A DNA stretch of 45,593 nt. It comes from Gonapodya sp. JEL0774. Its lineage: Eukaryota. The DNA is taken from the NCBI GenBank assembly GCA_027604505.1, contig JADIIX010000159.1, forward strand, positions 1 to 45,593, given 5' to 3'. Every line of letters begins with the position of its first letter. Positions within the stretch are counted from its first letter, which is position 1. Under the pieces are notes generated by a model, which worked only from the letters and a program-made list of their open reading frames with translations, was not told the DNA's origin and made no database searches. This document shows positions 12,797 through 26,200 of this stretch, in pieces. The position numbers and the translations under genes were made by a program.

Positions 12797-13639
12797 ATTA
12801 TGCACTGGCACCACACTCTGGAAAGCGGGGACCTTCTATACGAATGAAATTTGTCTGCCCGCGGGTTTTAGTGTGTTCAGACGCAGCTTGTATGTGGGTG
12901 ATGTGTATGAGAGACCGAGCAGGCGAGAGTGTGTTTCACCACAACGCACAAACAGTTATAAGACCTTCCCGTGGCTTCTTTCATTTCTTTCAAGCTTCAA
13001 ATGAGCTGAACGTGTGCCCGTCCTAGTGCCTAGGGGAGGGCGGTTGTGTTTGCAGGTGATGTGACTAATGCTGACATCACTCGGAATCTTAAAACTCTTA
13101 TTACATCTGCCAACTACTATTCTAAGTGAAGCCCAAAATTTGCTCAGCGACAAAACATTCCAGCTGGTTCTTGTGAAGAGGATTGCTACGTTCAACGAAG
13201 CTGAGGTTACCCAAGATGGACGGTGAGAAACTTTGCATCATCATCGGGAAACCAGAGAACGGCAAATAACTGTCAATAACCGCCAATGAAAGGTCTGAAA
13301 GTGGAACGAGCACGAATGGACAACATACAACCAACCTGGCACACACTCTGTTAGGTCGCTCTGCGCTTTCGACAGACTCCATCCCCGCCGCCCTCCGCCC
13401 TCTGCCCTCCGCCCTCTCCTCCGCCCTCTGCCCTCTGCCCTCTTCCCTCCCTCTCCCCGTCTTTTGAACATCCGAAGTCGCAACTTGGCCCCCCTGCGTC
13501 TCACAAGAACGTCGCTGGCGTTCCCCGTTTGTCGTCACAAATACAACCTCGCCCCGACAAGCCATCTGGGGTCTGAAGTATGAATTCGTGACAACCAAAC
13601 CGCACTGGCGTGATGCGGCGGGTCGGGGAGTGGGGACAT

Positions 13640-14400
13640 TGTGGTGTCACGGGCCCCGTGCTGGTCACGATCACGCGTTCACCTTCCCACCGCTTACCTC
13701 TCACATCACCTCCACATCCTCCCCCAATCCCTCCCACGGCCACACACCACACGACGCCAGCCGCCAGTCGCCATATTCCAACCCATCACCCCCTCACTCC
13801 CCACCGTATCGAATTTCAGAGCTCGAAATTTCCGAAGTTCTTCGGCCATCATCGACCCCGTGAGCCGTGACCCGCCACGGCATGTGCACGGTGTTCGGGA
13901 GATGCGGGAGGTCCGGGAGGTGTGCCGGCTGGGCGTCGGGGTCGGAAAACGGGGACGGTGCAGGCGGGGGAAGACAGGTACGTGGTGCATCTCGCGTGTT
14001 GAGGAGCTGTGGGTGTGCGAGAAAGGAATGGTGGTGGTTGGTGGTGGTGGGAAGAGGATTGCGTGGCGGTGGTGCCGGTGGTGCCGGTGGTGCGGAGAGG
14101 AAGCCAGGGGGTCGTCAGATGAGCGGACACCTCGCTCGCTCCGCTCTCCCCAACCGACCCCGAGCCCCTGTCCCTTCCGATCCCGAGAACACCTCGCCCG
14201 AACCGACCTCTCGACTACCCGAGTACCCGACCACCGAACCGAGCCGTCCCACCCTCAAGGGCTTTGAGGACTCCGAAGACTTGGGGGTCGCGTCACGGGA
14301 ACGGGGAAGACAAGGGCACCATGGCAAGGAAAGGAAGGGAAGGGAAAGGAACGGTGAAGCGGAAGGAGCGTGAGAGAGGGAACACGAAGGGGGCGCGGGC
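13640..14400. repeat. GC-rich dispersed repeat, copy 2; inverted relative to ~1440-2300
   Basis: Same matches as copy 1. Even the spurious translations parallel each other (KRVIVT versus ERVIVT; WCTLVSRLRMW versus WCISRVEELW). Confidence 0.55.
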
Positions 14401-14963
14401 GCGGTTGGGAAGGGGGCATGGCAGAGCGCGCGGATGATGAAGGTTCGTGGTTCGAAGTTGGAGAGGATGGAGGGTGAATGAATGAACGAAAGAATAACGC
14501 ACGTTAACAAATGAATACACGAGGACGACCACAGAGGCGACCCACGACGTCGGCGCGTCGACAACCGAAAGAACGAAATCCGACCCCCCCTCCGAAAAAA
14601 AACGCACGAAAAATGGAACCACAACTCTCTTTCATTCTTTCATTCTTTTTTGTTGTCGCCGTCGTGGGCGTGCCTCTTTGCCATGCCGGGGCCGAGTGGA
14701 GTACGCTGGCGAGTGAACCCCTTCCCCCACTCCCACAATCATCCTCGACGAGTCACGCCCGCACGCCCGCACCCCCGGAAACCGAACACCAGCGCAGACG
14801 CACGGTGGGAGAGCCTACTCCGCTCCACTTCTCCAGCATGGGCCCCGGTCGCCCACGTCACCATATCACTACGTCACTACGTCGCTACGTCACGTGTTCG
14901 GTTGTGCATGGGTCCACACCCACACCACCTCCCTCCGACCCCGACCGGGACTTGTCCAACATT

Positions 14964-15038
14964 GACACGTCCACCTGTGACGCGTCCACCCGTAACGCGT
15001 CCACCCGTGACGCGTCCACCTGTTGCGCATCCACCGGT
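14964..15038. repeat. 15-bp minisatellite, 5 imperfect copies (GACGCGTCCACCYGT)
   Basis: gacacgtccacctgt / gacgcgtccacccgt / aacgcgtccacccgt / gacgcgtccacctgt / tgcgcatccaccggt. Confidence 0.85.
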
Positions 15039-15155
15039 CACCGCTCACCCTTCCTGTCCCGTCACGTCCTGTCACCTCTCGTCAAGTCACGGCCCGTCAC
15101 GTCCCACCCGGTCTGTCGGTACCTCGTTCTGTCGGGTCGGGAAATCGGTACTTGG

Positions 15156-15235
15156 TGTCGTGTCGTGTCGTGTCGTGTCGTGTCGTGTCGTGTCGTGTCG
15201 TGTCGTGTCGTGTCGTGTCGTGTCGTGTCGTGTCG
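15156..15235. repeat. (TGTCG)16 microsatellite
   Basis: Sixteen perfect pentamer units read directly from the sequence. Confidence 0.97.
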
Positions 15236-16183
15236 GGTCGGGTGGGCAACGTCGAAAAGTTGTTACATCGGTGAGTCGAGAGGAGACGATGGGGGCGGTG
15301 GCGGTGGGGCGTTGGCAGTGGGATGGTGTGGGTTGCGGTGCGGGGCCAGTGTCGCGAGTCACGAGTCTGGATGCTCCACAGTATCCCACGACCCGCCTCC
15401 CCGCAACTACTCCTCTCAACCGACTCTGCCGTGCGAGTGACCCACGACGGCGACGGGGACGTGGACGGGGACGGGGCGAAAAACATCGCGGGACCAATCG
15501 CCTCCGGGGCGGGCGTCGGCGGTGGGATGGAGAGCGCGGAGTAGTGGGTGGGGCGAGCGGTGGGTGGGAGGGCGGGAGAGTGGTTGAGACGGGGAGGTGC
15601 GCAGAGGCGACGTGGCGTGGAACGAGGTGGCGGTGGGAGGGCAAGGACCAGCGGAGTGTGGATATAGTGACGAGCACTGAGCACCACTCCCCGGGACACA
15701 CCCCGCACGGGCGGTGTCGGAGGCGGACGGGGATCGTAGAGGTGGATTGTGTACGTGGGACTTGGATACGGAAGCGGGTATGTGGTAGAGGTGGAGGAGG
15801 TGCGTGTGGGAGTGCCCGACGTGCCCGCCGTTCATTCTCATTCCCTGAGTGTGTTTTTGAGATGTGCGCATTTTGGAAATGATCTCCGCGGGGTGGGGAT
15901 TCCATGATCTTCTGGACTGAGTGCAATTTTAGACGGTCCTCATGATTCAAACCCGGGACCACCTTTTTTGTACTCGAATGGGAAGAAAAATACGAAATAC
16001 CATTGAAAATTTGAAGAGACTATATACATAATATATCTTCACTTGGCCGGGCCTGTTTGCTGGATTGTCTTACATCCTGTCCCAGACTCGCATCAACACT
16101 TCACAATACGTCACTCCAGACCATCCCAGCATCAGATCTAATGGCGAAGCTACCGCAAGTGCGTTTAGATCACTTACTTCACT

Positions 16184-18896
16184 TCATACTCGAAACGGTA
16201 AAGTCACATCCACCACCGTTGGCGAAGCCGGTGGTTCAAGGAAACGGGGAATATTGTCCGTGGTGATATTCACGCCAGGGTTTACGCGGTGTGTTGGAGG
16301 ACACGATACTCCTCTCACAACGGCAATGTTTAGGTGACTGTCAGGATAGGAGGGAGTGTTTGAGGTCGACCATGAGTTTCGTCGGAGCGCTGCCAGGCTT
16401 TCGCTGTGCGGTTCAACGTTGGGTGGGATTCCCATTCGCTCGATCAAAGGAAGAAGGGGAGGCAGGTCCGCCATGCCCAACTGAGTGTGTAGATGAGATT
16501 TTGGTGGACGTAGCTTCGCTTCTATAAAATCATTGTTAAACTCTTTTGATGAACACAGGGTGCGGTGGAATACCTGGATGTGGGCAGCAGATGTGGGATG
16601 CAAGGGGAACTCACCAGGAGCACCCTCGAGGATCCACAGCGACATTCCACCTCCTGAAGCGGTGTTCATCTTTGCCGTCGCTTCAGCGGTGTCACTTACA
16701 CCAACTGACGCCATTGCATCCGCACTTGGTAAGTGAAAAGTGCGGTTCGTTTGCCGCGACCACTCTTTACCAAGGGACGAGGTAGTAGACGAGTTCCCAA
16801 GGTCGAGTGGTTCCGCCATTGAGTCAACATACGGTGCATTTCGTGGCTGAACCCAGCAGGTTTTTTGTCTATGTCGGTTCATCACGTCTGGTGAACAGCA
16901 TGGGTTCCGCGTAGATATTGAATTATTGTAATAAGCCATTATACATATGAGGCGATCTCCCAAATTGTCTGTCCACCTCACCTTTCCTAGTGAAGAGCTT
17001 GTAACACTTTGGACACTGGAAGTTCCGTTCCCGCGTGCTCCGGCGGTCACTTGAGGCGTTCATTGACTGGACCGCGAGGTCCTGGTCCTGTGAGCAGAGA
17101 GAGAGGAGAGAGACAACAGCAAGCCAATAACGGCAGTCTCAAGCGTTGGCTGATTGGGGAATTCCGACCACAACGTCCGCCAAGGGACGTCACGACCACG
17201 AAGAAGCTTTTCCGTCAGTCTGCATGTAATCCAGGAACCTCGGACACTCACTCTCGTCGCAGTTAAAGCTACAAAGCAAAAGGACGCTTATTGTATCCCA
17301 ATGGTTATATTATAATGTGGGTATTGGTTCTCCGATGTATGGATAAAGTGTCGGTTGGTCCCTAGCGATCGGCGTGCTCCAAAATTCCGAATTTCGGATC
17401 GACTAAAACCCGGAAACACCTCACGGAGCCCCTGACGGAGAACTACCTTTCTGGGGTCTAGTGTTTATTTTTCTAATATAAACACGAGCAATTCCTTCAG
17501 CTTGATTCTGCGAAGCGGATAAATTTGCAGTCGGAGGTGCAAACTTTGTACTGCCGCTGATCTGTGAAACCAAGAACTTCGCTCCGGCCACGTACCATCA
17601 CAATTCAACGATTCCCCAAGCAACGAGCTCGCAATTTCCATCACAGCAACTTCCGCCACAGGCGACGCGGCTAACATCTGGCGCCTGGCGGCTCATTGCC
17701 CAATCCGTTCTATAACGAAAGCGCATGACTCATGTACAGCCCTCATGGAATTTGAGCCGCCCTACCCCAAATGAAGGCGCATTTCATACGAGTCCTGGCT
17801 ATGCATTTCTGGGCGGGGTTCTCGGAGATACCGTCGTTGGAGGAATCCGGGGAACGTTCCAACAACAGTTCGAACCCACCTACCTGTCCCAGCAGCAAAC
17901 TCAGCCCTGGCTATTAGGATCTGAACTCTATCTCTGGGTCAAAATCGAGTCATCTGGCTCTCAGATCACGAAGGTTTTGGCCAGGAAACCACGACCTTGA
18001 AGGCATATACCCTCTCCGTGTCGAAAACAAGTACTGTGTTGTAGCCACTGCAAACGGAGGCTCTCAGAGAGTGAACAGCACGTTCTATGTGTGCTTTTCT
18101 CGTTGTTGGACAGCATGGCTGCATAGTGCAAGGATTTATCCACCATATCTTCCGGAAATTCATATATGCTGACTCCTGAAGAGCAGTATGCATTGTACCA
18201 TGCAGGTGTGAGCTTTGGTAGCTAATTTTTATCACGTATAGTGTGGGGTTAGGTGCCCACGACAGGGGAGGACTAGTTAGACCGTGTTGTTCTCAGTGAA
18301 ATGACACGGATTTCCAAGCCTTTCCAAAAGTTCGAATCTCCAATTAATATTTAACAATGATGTTGCGATCTACAAATGATGCTCAAAGAGAGGCACCGAG
18401 AGTGTGGCAGTAACATTTGATTCAAGTACAGTACGATGCCTACACCGGAAACGCTACGCGAAGTTCACCGGGCGAGTACTAAATTCGCTCTTCCATTATT
18501 AGAACTCCAAGAGACCCCATCGAAGTAAATATAGCTTTGAGCTCTGTCTCTTCGGTGATCAATCGTGGCCCTCGGTGTTCTCCGTTTTGTAGTCGATCCG
18601 TCCAAATCTGGCGCAACCCCCACCACCAGAATCGTCCGGAATCTCAGCATCAACCCAATCACCCACACTTTCGAAATTTCATTCCAGAGCATTCCGGTGA
18701 ACTTTGAAACCCACTTATACTGTGGTTGCTCGCGGAAGCCTTCCGTTGATCTCTTCGGACTATTCATGCAACACCTTCCTATCAAAGTTAGTACGTCTAC
18801 ATCAAAATGCATGTACATTAAATCATGAGTATCGTGATGTGATGTGATCGGGGGAGCACTATGAAGAATGGAAACTGACGATACACGTAGACACAC
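16184..18896 (-). CDS. Putative highly divergent Gti1/Pac2 (WOPR) family transcription factor; multi-exon, model unresolved
   Basis: WOPR-like motifs occur in the right order on the minus strand: YMHFDVDVLTLIGRC (cf. YVxTTxDALILFEAC), RTILVV (cf. GSVFVF), FDGVSWSSNNGRANLVL (cf. WTDGxxWSPSRILGNFLVY), GFLAKTF near 17990 (cf. GLxKKTxS), ICIMAYY near 16940 (cf. HLISYY), then a Ser/Pro-rich tail. Confidence 0.4.
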
Positions 18897-20697
18897 GTTT
18901 CATTTCGGACAAGTGCGTGAAGGAGACAATGTCGAGCTTGGCAGATGAAGTCAGGGTCTGGCAAGAGGGAGAGGACGAAGGTGAGGTAGAAAGAATAAGG
19001 CGCGTGCGGGGTAGGCAGTAAGGAAGGTGGGAGAGGGAGGAGTAAGGGAGGTGGTGGTTGTCACATCATGGAGGGAAAGACCTGTATGGTACGAAGACTC
19101 CCAATCCGTGTTTGCCAAGGAGAGTCCAACTTTGAGGGACGAAGATGAACACAGCCTCTTTGTGAGAGAGTGGCGTTATTTGAAAACGCAGAGACTCGCC
19201 GAAGAGCGCTGCACCGAAACACAAGGCATCATGTCGCTTGTGTTGATGTAGGTAGTGGTAGTAAACCCGGAAGGTCTAGTTTATCAAGTTCATACTTGAG
19301 TTTGAGTGAGATGCTGAGTTTTGAGCGGTGCGTTAGCGGGGATGACGACGAAAGAAGGGAAGAAAGGACCGCCTGACACGAGATCTGTCAGGAAGACACC
19401 TTATCACGCACACCCGCGCAAATTCATTCTTACGCATGCTTTCACTGACTGACAAGTGGAGAGAATGGAGGCACTCAGTAAAAGCCTTTTTGAGAGTTGG
19501 TGCTCGTGTGTCCTCAGCTATCCTAACTTGTCCTTGGGTCCGTCCGATTTTACCTGGATCCCACCTGTTCGCACGCTATCCGTAGAAGACTCTCGCACTT
19601 TCTCCCGGTGACAGCAAGGATGGCGGTGTGGTTTATTTGAGAATTTGCTGAAGGGAAGACCGTGTCGTCCTCTCAAGTCGTAACCAATGAATTTTGAGTT
19701 TGGGTTACCACCGTATCGGTTTGAGCTCGCTAAGCAGAGCCTTGGTGCTAAACGTTTGATACGATGCTGGTTAGCTTGGATTCGAGGTACGCTGCTGTTG
19801 TAGGTGTGAAGGATGCCGGTTGCTTTCACAGACAGCTCAAACATTTTTGTCGCTGAACAAACGGCACCCATGACATTTACCAGATTGGAAGTGGATAGAA
19901 CTGCCATTCTCAACGACCAAGATTTCAGCACGATGGTTTCTTGAACGCGACCAGTTCCACCAGAGTAGTACTCAAGGGGAATCCAAGGATGTGCAGATCA
20001 CATTCCAGCAAGAGATTGCCGCTCGGCTGGGAATGAATGGAGGTCAGATAATTTTACTTCCCAGCTTTCTTCCCAGCAGGTGTGCAAGAGGCCGTACATC
20101 GTTTCACCGCAACAGCCTTGAGATTGGTAGACCGATGTCAAAGTCACCGAAACTTGGACGGCAAATGAAGTTTATTCGGGTGATAACAAGGAAGGACCGT
20201 GAAGCACGAAGAACGTGTGCAAGTTGAGAACGTTAGAAGGCACTTGGTTGGGCCGGATGTTCCCCATCCCATCCTGGTTGTCAAGCCACTGCATGACTTC
20301 ATTGCGGGCAAGACAGACATTTGCATACTGTGACCAGAACACAGCCGTCTGCAGATCTTTGTGTTGGATACTCCGAGACAAAGCTGTGCAAGCTTCCTGA
20401 ATCTATCGTAACTCCAATCTGCCCACTTCCACAGCTCCGAAAGACGTTAGCCACATTCTGGATACCTTCTGCTACCCCACCTCGAGGAAATGTCGAAGTT
20501 CCTGTTCGGGGATGTATCCGGTCAGGGTCTGAGGTTTTGTACGGGTTTTGTACGGGCTTGGCTCGGGTCAGTGACTCTCGTACACTCAGAAATAGAGTGC
20601 TTCTTTCTTAAAAACAAGGAATTGAATTTGCCCAGAGTTTCCGACATTCGGGGTCGTGCACTAAGCTTGGCATTGTTCGAGTCGTCGAGTCTTCAAG

Positions 20698-23130
20698 GTG
20701 GAAAATAATGGATGGGTTGTGAGTCAGAAATCGGTTCGCCCACTTCCAATACACAACTTTCACTTCACGATTTCTAACTCCAGCGCTTATGTTGAATCGG
20801 CAGCACAAAGTCATGTAGGGTCTGCCGCGATCGAATCGAATCAAAGGGTGCCAGCGACCACTGAAACCGCGAGCTACGGGTCGGATCAGAACCAGCCGGA
20901 CACACTATCTTCAAGGAAAGCAGCGCATGCTCTCAAATTACAAATTCCAACTGAATCGGCGACCAGCAACGTTGGTGGAACACCAATTTCATGGGGACTT
21001 CTCCCTTATGCATCCCAAGGACTAACAACGACGACTCAAGGACAGCAACAAACGCCATTTCAGCCTTTCTTCGATACGCAGCAACATGTTGGGGAAAGCT
21101 CCACGGGCAATCGTTTCCAAAATACCTTCAATCCCGCTGGATATTCGCCATTTGCTCAGGGATCTGTCCCCGAGTCTTCAAGAACACCGCTGGCACAGAG
21201 AGCACATTCCTCAGATCAGATTGACTTACCTAGTCCCGACACTTTGACGGCTTTGCTCCCGGTTTACTTTGTTTACGTAGCACCACACTTTCCTTTCATT
21301 CATCCGCCCTCATTCCTCGCACACGCTCTCAACAACCGCGCCACCATGGCGTTTCTCCTCTACACTATGCTGACGCTCGCGGCGCCTTTTCTCACGAAAA
21401 CTCATCTCCCAACTCAACCCTCGAAAGCGGACTCCGCAACATTTGACCGCCACCATTTCCACGCCCGTGCCCGACAAATGGTGTCGTCAGTCCTGGAATC
21501 TGCCGCGCCCAACATACAACACGTTTGGGGTCTAGCTCATCTTTCCCTCGCCAGCATCACAGAGCGCGAGCCCAACATGCAAGCGGCGAACGCGTACCTC
21601 GGCTCGGCGTTTGTGCTCGCCAAGCAGCTCCACCTCGACATTGAGGCGGCAGTCCCTCAACCTCCACACACGCCTGCATGGGTTGAACAAGAGCAAAATC
21701 GACGCACGTACTTGGGCCTCTGGCACCTCGATCGGCTCATCTCTGGTATCACCGGTCGCACCCCAATGCTCGACGTGTCCCCCGTCTCTGCTCTTCGTGC
21801 TCCGATTCCTGACCGTGACTGGATCCCAGAAGCCTTCCAAGGCAAACCCCGTGACTATCCGGAAACCGGCGAGGTGCAGCATTTGCTCGACATCACGACC
21901 ATGTTCGCGTGCCAGGAGCAGCGGATCGAGACCCTTCGAGCCAGTTTGGGGAACGGGAACGATCGCGGCGAGAGTGAGGAAACGTGGCGGTGGAAAGTGT
22001 CCGAGTGCCAAAAGCTGCGAAGATACCGGGAGTGTGAGTGAACAAGACTGATTGTCATTTTCAAACGTTGGTTGTAGTAACGTCGACAAGCGGTGCTGTC
22101 CCCCACTTGGGCGCCCCCCTCTCCTCCCAACCACCGCGCACCCCATCCGCCAGCAAACCCCCACCTTTTTCCCACCACCCTCCAGCAAAACTCTCTAATC
22201 TCTGGCTCTCCATCAGGTCCACATGACAACGTCTACAATCACGCCGGGCGCACGATGAGCGTCCCACTCACGTTCCACGTGCTGATGCAGCGCATGATAC
22301 CCGTCCACGACGCGGATCAGAGGTTCCACAACGCTCGTGTGGCGTTGGAGTTGATGTGAGTTTTGCACGTGTCGTGTGTGTGTGTGTGCCCACGACGGCG
22401 ACGGAGACGGCGACGCGGCGGGGGTGTGTTGGCCGAGGCTTCGGGAGCCTCCCCCACCCTTGCAAAATTCTGCATACACCACCTGACCGGAACCTCCCCA
22501 CCCCCCACCGCCCCTCCCCATTTCCCGCCCTTTGCCACCCCTCACTCACTCATCGTGCTGTCCCGTTTCCCTTCTCCTGCTTTCCCCCTAGCCACATGTG
22601 CCTGACTACCTCGAAACACGCCGGCGCCAGCTGGGTCGACATTGGGTGTCCACTCGCGGGATACGATGTGTTTGCCATGGCCCACGAGATGATGGGGATG
22701 GGCAATGGGAATGGGAACGTGGGAGAGGAGAGGACCGCGGCGGTGGATCTGGTGTACGCGGCGGTGGAGGTGTTGGACGGGTAGGTTGGGGTGGGGGAGT
22801 GGGGTGGGAGGGTTCATTTTCACTTTTGGGGGTCTTTTTTTTATGGCTTGTCTTGGTTTCGTTTGGTTTGCTTGGTGGGACTCGTTCTTTTTCTTCGTTC
22901 ACTTTTGTCTGTGCCTGCTTGCTATGAAACGAATCACGGCGACGTCTTTCACCATGTTTGGGTTCCTTTTCTACTCCCGCCTTCTTTTCGACACGACACA
23001 CAAAAAAATCCCTTCTTTTTCTCTCAATTTTGTTCTCCACTCCCCCTCTGGGATCGGCATTGTACGCGAACTGTTCACCGCCAATCCATCTGCCTTCCCA
23101 TATCCATTCACACCCCATTTCGTTCATCAC
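20698..23130 (+). CDS. Fungal-specific transcription factor domain protein (Zn2Cys6-family middle homology region); multi-exon, ends uncertain
   Basis: ORF 20698..22041 has LPSPDTLTALLPVYF...HFPFIHPPSFL, FLLYTMLTLAAPF and EQEQNRRTYLGLWHLDRLISGITGR, typical of the Fungal_trans domain. GTGAGT donors near 22034 and 22356 lead to further exons (..FHVLMQR.., ..DLVYAAVEVLD.., ..IVRELFTANP..). The 3' end runs toward the N gap at 23278. Confidence 0.8.
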
Positions 23131-23277
23131 TATCACTCAACTCACTCTCACTGTCGACTCACCCGCCATCTCGCTCCCCTCACGCAACCCACCCCCCCCA
23201 CCCCCCCCCCCCGCACGTTACGGCGAAGGTTTGCCCTAAAACACCCCCAAAGCCAACAACAGAAACCGGCCCAAAAA

Positions 23278-23287
23278 NNNNNNNNNN
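23278..23287. other. Assembly gap (10 N)
   Basis: Run of n within a C-rich low-complexity tract. Confidence 0.99.
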
Positions 23288-26200
23288 CACCCCCCCACCC
23301 CCCCGCGCTCCAGGTTCGGCGTCCGTTGGCCCTACTCCTCCGCCCTAGCCCAGACCCTTCACCGGGCCCTATCTGCCTTCATCGCCACCAAATGACCCCA
23401 ATGATCCCCCCGCTACGCCACTCGCGATGCAGAGTGGGGCGCCAATGGCGTCGGAGACGGGGTTGAAAGGGTAGTGCGTGTGTGTGTGTGTAGGAGGGCA
23501 ATCGAGAGCGCGGTGAGCGTGGTGGGACGGTGTGCTTGTGCGCGTGTACCTGTAGGCCCGTCGCGTCGCCTGCCATTTGTCCCGCCTTTTTCTGCCATTA
23601 CTTACTCTGTGGAGTGGGTAGTAGGCGGTGATGAGGGGTGCTGGTGCCCCAAAGGCATTTTGGCATTTTGGCAGGATGGCGGCGGGTCGAGGGAGGCGGG
23701 AGGCGGACACTTCCCAGGGGGTCGGGTGGAATAGAGTCTGCGCGGGTGCCGGGTGCGGTACGGGGGCGTGGCATGGGTGCGCGGTGGACGAGGTGAACGG
23801 CGGGGGATGCGGAATGTGGAAGAAAGAGGTGGCCCGAGTCCCGACATGACGTGACGTGGTAGGCGGTACCAGTTGCGGGTGGCCGGGGGGTCCCCGGTTT
23901 GGAAAGACGGACGGACGAGTGTGGGGGACTGTGCGCGAGGTGGTGGTGGTGGATGTGGGGTGGGGCGGAGCGAGCTGGAGGGGGGACACGGGGTGGGAGA
24001 GGAAGAGGGGACGGTTTGAGAACCCGTGATCTTGTAAAGACCGTCATTCAGTAATATCAACGGCAACGGGTCACAGTGCCGTGGTGCCTGATCGCGGATC
24101 CGTCAACCACAACTCTCGCCCATTCATTCTTTCCCTGAAACCTGATCATCCACAAATCTGAAGACTCGGTCAGCGGAAATCCCCGCTTTACATGCACGAT
24201 TGATAATAACAAGCAATAGAAGCGCGTGATCCTCCACAACAAAAGGGCGCCGAAAACAAGCTACAAACAGTGTATCTACCGTTCGTTGTCGGTACTCTGT
24301 CCATGGCATTCTGTTCCTGGTTGTACATGATCGGAGATACTTCATTGTCACCAAGCGATGATACTCATCGACAGGCGGCTTCATTAGGGTGACATTTTCG
24401 CAGGCATCACTGTCCAGGCTTCAGCTTCTGGCGATTGGATAAATTATAAGGAGGTTGAAATGATTGACGTCGGGGTGACATAGAAGTGGGGGTGCATGCA
24501 GAAACTTGGAGCGGGCGCGAGATTGGATGACGTTGGCGGGTGTACAAGAAGAAAGAGGAGAGCTAGAATGAGAGGGAGAGAGTGTGTGCTGTTGCGGTGG
24601 TGGTCGCCGACGGAGCCTGGCTCAATGGATCAGCGTAACGCTCAATGGCCCAAGTAGTGTTGTTGTTTTCGAGAGACAAAGATCCAGAGGAATCCGTGTA
24701 GTTCCGAAGGTGGCGACAGAGGCGGTGAGCGGGGCAGAGGGGAGGTTTGAGGTTGAGATTGCGGTGGGATTTGGGGGAGAGGGACAGCGAGGATGGAACG
24801 AATCGAAAGAGGGAGGAGGAAGTGGGCAGCGATGAGGCCTGCGCTCCGACGCCTGATGGTATTTTGGCGGTGGTGTTGGGGTGTAAGAGAGCGTAACGTT
24901 GGAATGGATATGAAGGAAATTTAAACACGGAAACCAGTGAAAGTTGGAACGAAATCAGGGGTGAAGGGGCCCGGCAGTGTCCATGGATACCTGTGGAGAA
25001 CAGGCCCCGGTTCATGGACTTCTTGAAAACGAACCCATGGCGTTGCGGGATGAACGGGCACGGAGCAATAGATTATTAATCTTTTTCAGCTGACTACATC
25101 CATCACTGTTTTGAGATATTTTCGAAAGCAAAAGCTTGAAAGATAAACCAAGCTCACTGATGTTCTACATCATTATGGGGGACAAAACGCTCTTTTATAG
25201 AATCTAGATGCATGCGGATACATTGGAAAGTCTTGGGGGAGTCTCCAGATTCTGCTGAGCCAATGGGATGACTTTTTGGGTTCCCTTAACTCGAGATGAG
25301 TCAAAGGTTTGCGCCACCTTTCTGGGTTGTGTGTCATCGCATCACTTTGATGTTCTTCCACACAACATTCTCGTATGTTCCCGCACCGCTCACTTCAAGA
25401 ACTTGCTTTGCTCTTTCTACGCCGGCTGCTAGGTGGTGCTTTCACTCGAACCTTTGCAAGACTCAGTTTCTCAAGCCAATGACGACTGACAGTTCAAGCT
25501 ATTGCTGCTGCTGTATGGGATTATCGCTTGCTTGTATTGACCTCTCTTGTCCGGCTTCACAGCTTGATGCCGTAGGTATGGAAGGAGGACGGGACCGTGC
25601 CTGTTCAGGGTACAACGGAGTATCACAAGTAACTACTGGCCACCACGCCTAGCGAAGTAGCATGTCCGTGTCCGGTAGTATCGTAGATCTTTGGTGGGAT
25701 GAAGAGTCTCAGGCAGTCGGAACCCCGGCACACAAAGATTTGTAGGGCTTGTTCGGCGCTGCCAATGCCCTGTTGGTTTGCGACATGGAAGCACCTGAAA
25801 CTCTTCTTCGTCAATGTTTAGACGGCAACACACGAGAAGTGTACAAGACTTCCGCGAAATGAAAGTGGATTCGAGCGCCTACGAATTGTTGTGGAGGACA
25901 AGAGACTAGCCCAAACATGCAGCATCCACGGAGCTTCGAACTTTTGAATCGAGCAACAGTCATCCGAGAATGCTTTGTGTGGGACTGCTCCACTTCTTCG
26001 AACGCGAGAGGAGTACTCAGCACAGCATCTGGGCAAAGAACGAAACCGCCATCTGTCTGGATGACTTGGTGACATGCTTCTCTAATTTCTGCCGTGTTTT
26101 TCACTTTGGAAAGTGCGTGTTTATTCTGTATTTGGTGATGCACCGCACGGGAGGTTTTGTGTCTTGTGGCGGAGTTTTTGGTGCCGGTTCTGTGAGCTCA

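Noticed and set aside
15156..15235. (TGTCG)16 as a possible interstitial telomeric repeat
   Set aside because: It does not match telomere motifs I know; treated as a microsatellite.
13500..15960. Long ORFs 14511..15440, 14650..15882, 15087..15962
   Set aside because: Kept open by high GC and by the micro/minisatellites (VVSCR and TTRHD repeats); no coding signature.
17725..17733. Perfect Gcn4-type site ATGACTCAT
   Set aside because: It lies inside a putative gene body, and similar heptamers occur several times in the window at about chance frequency.
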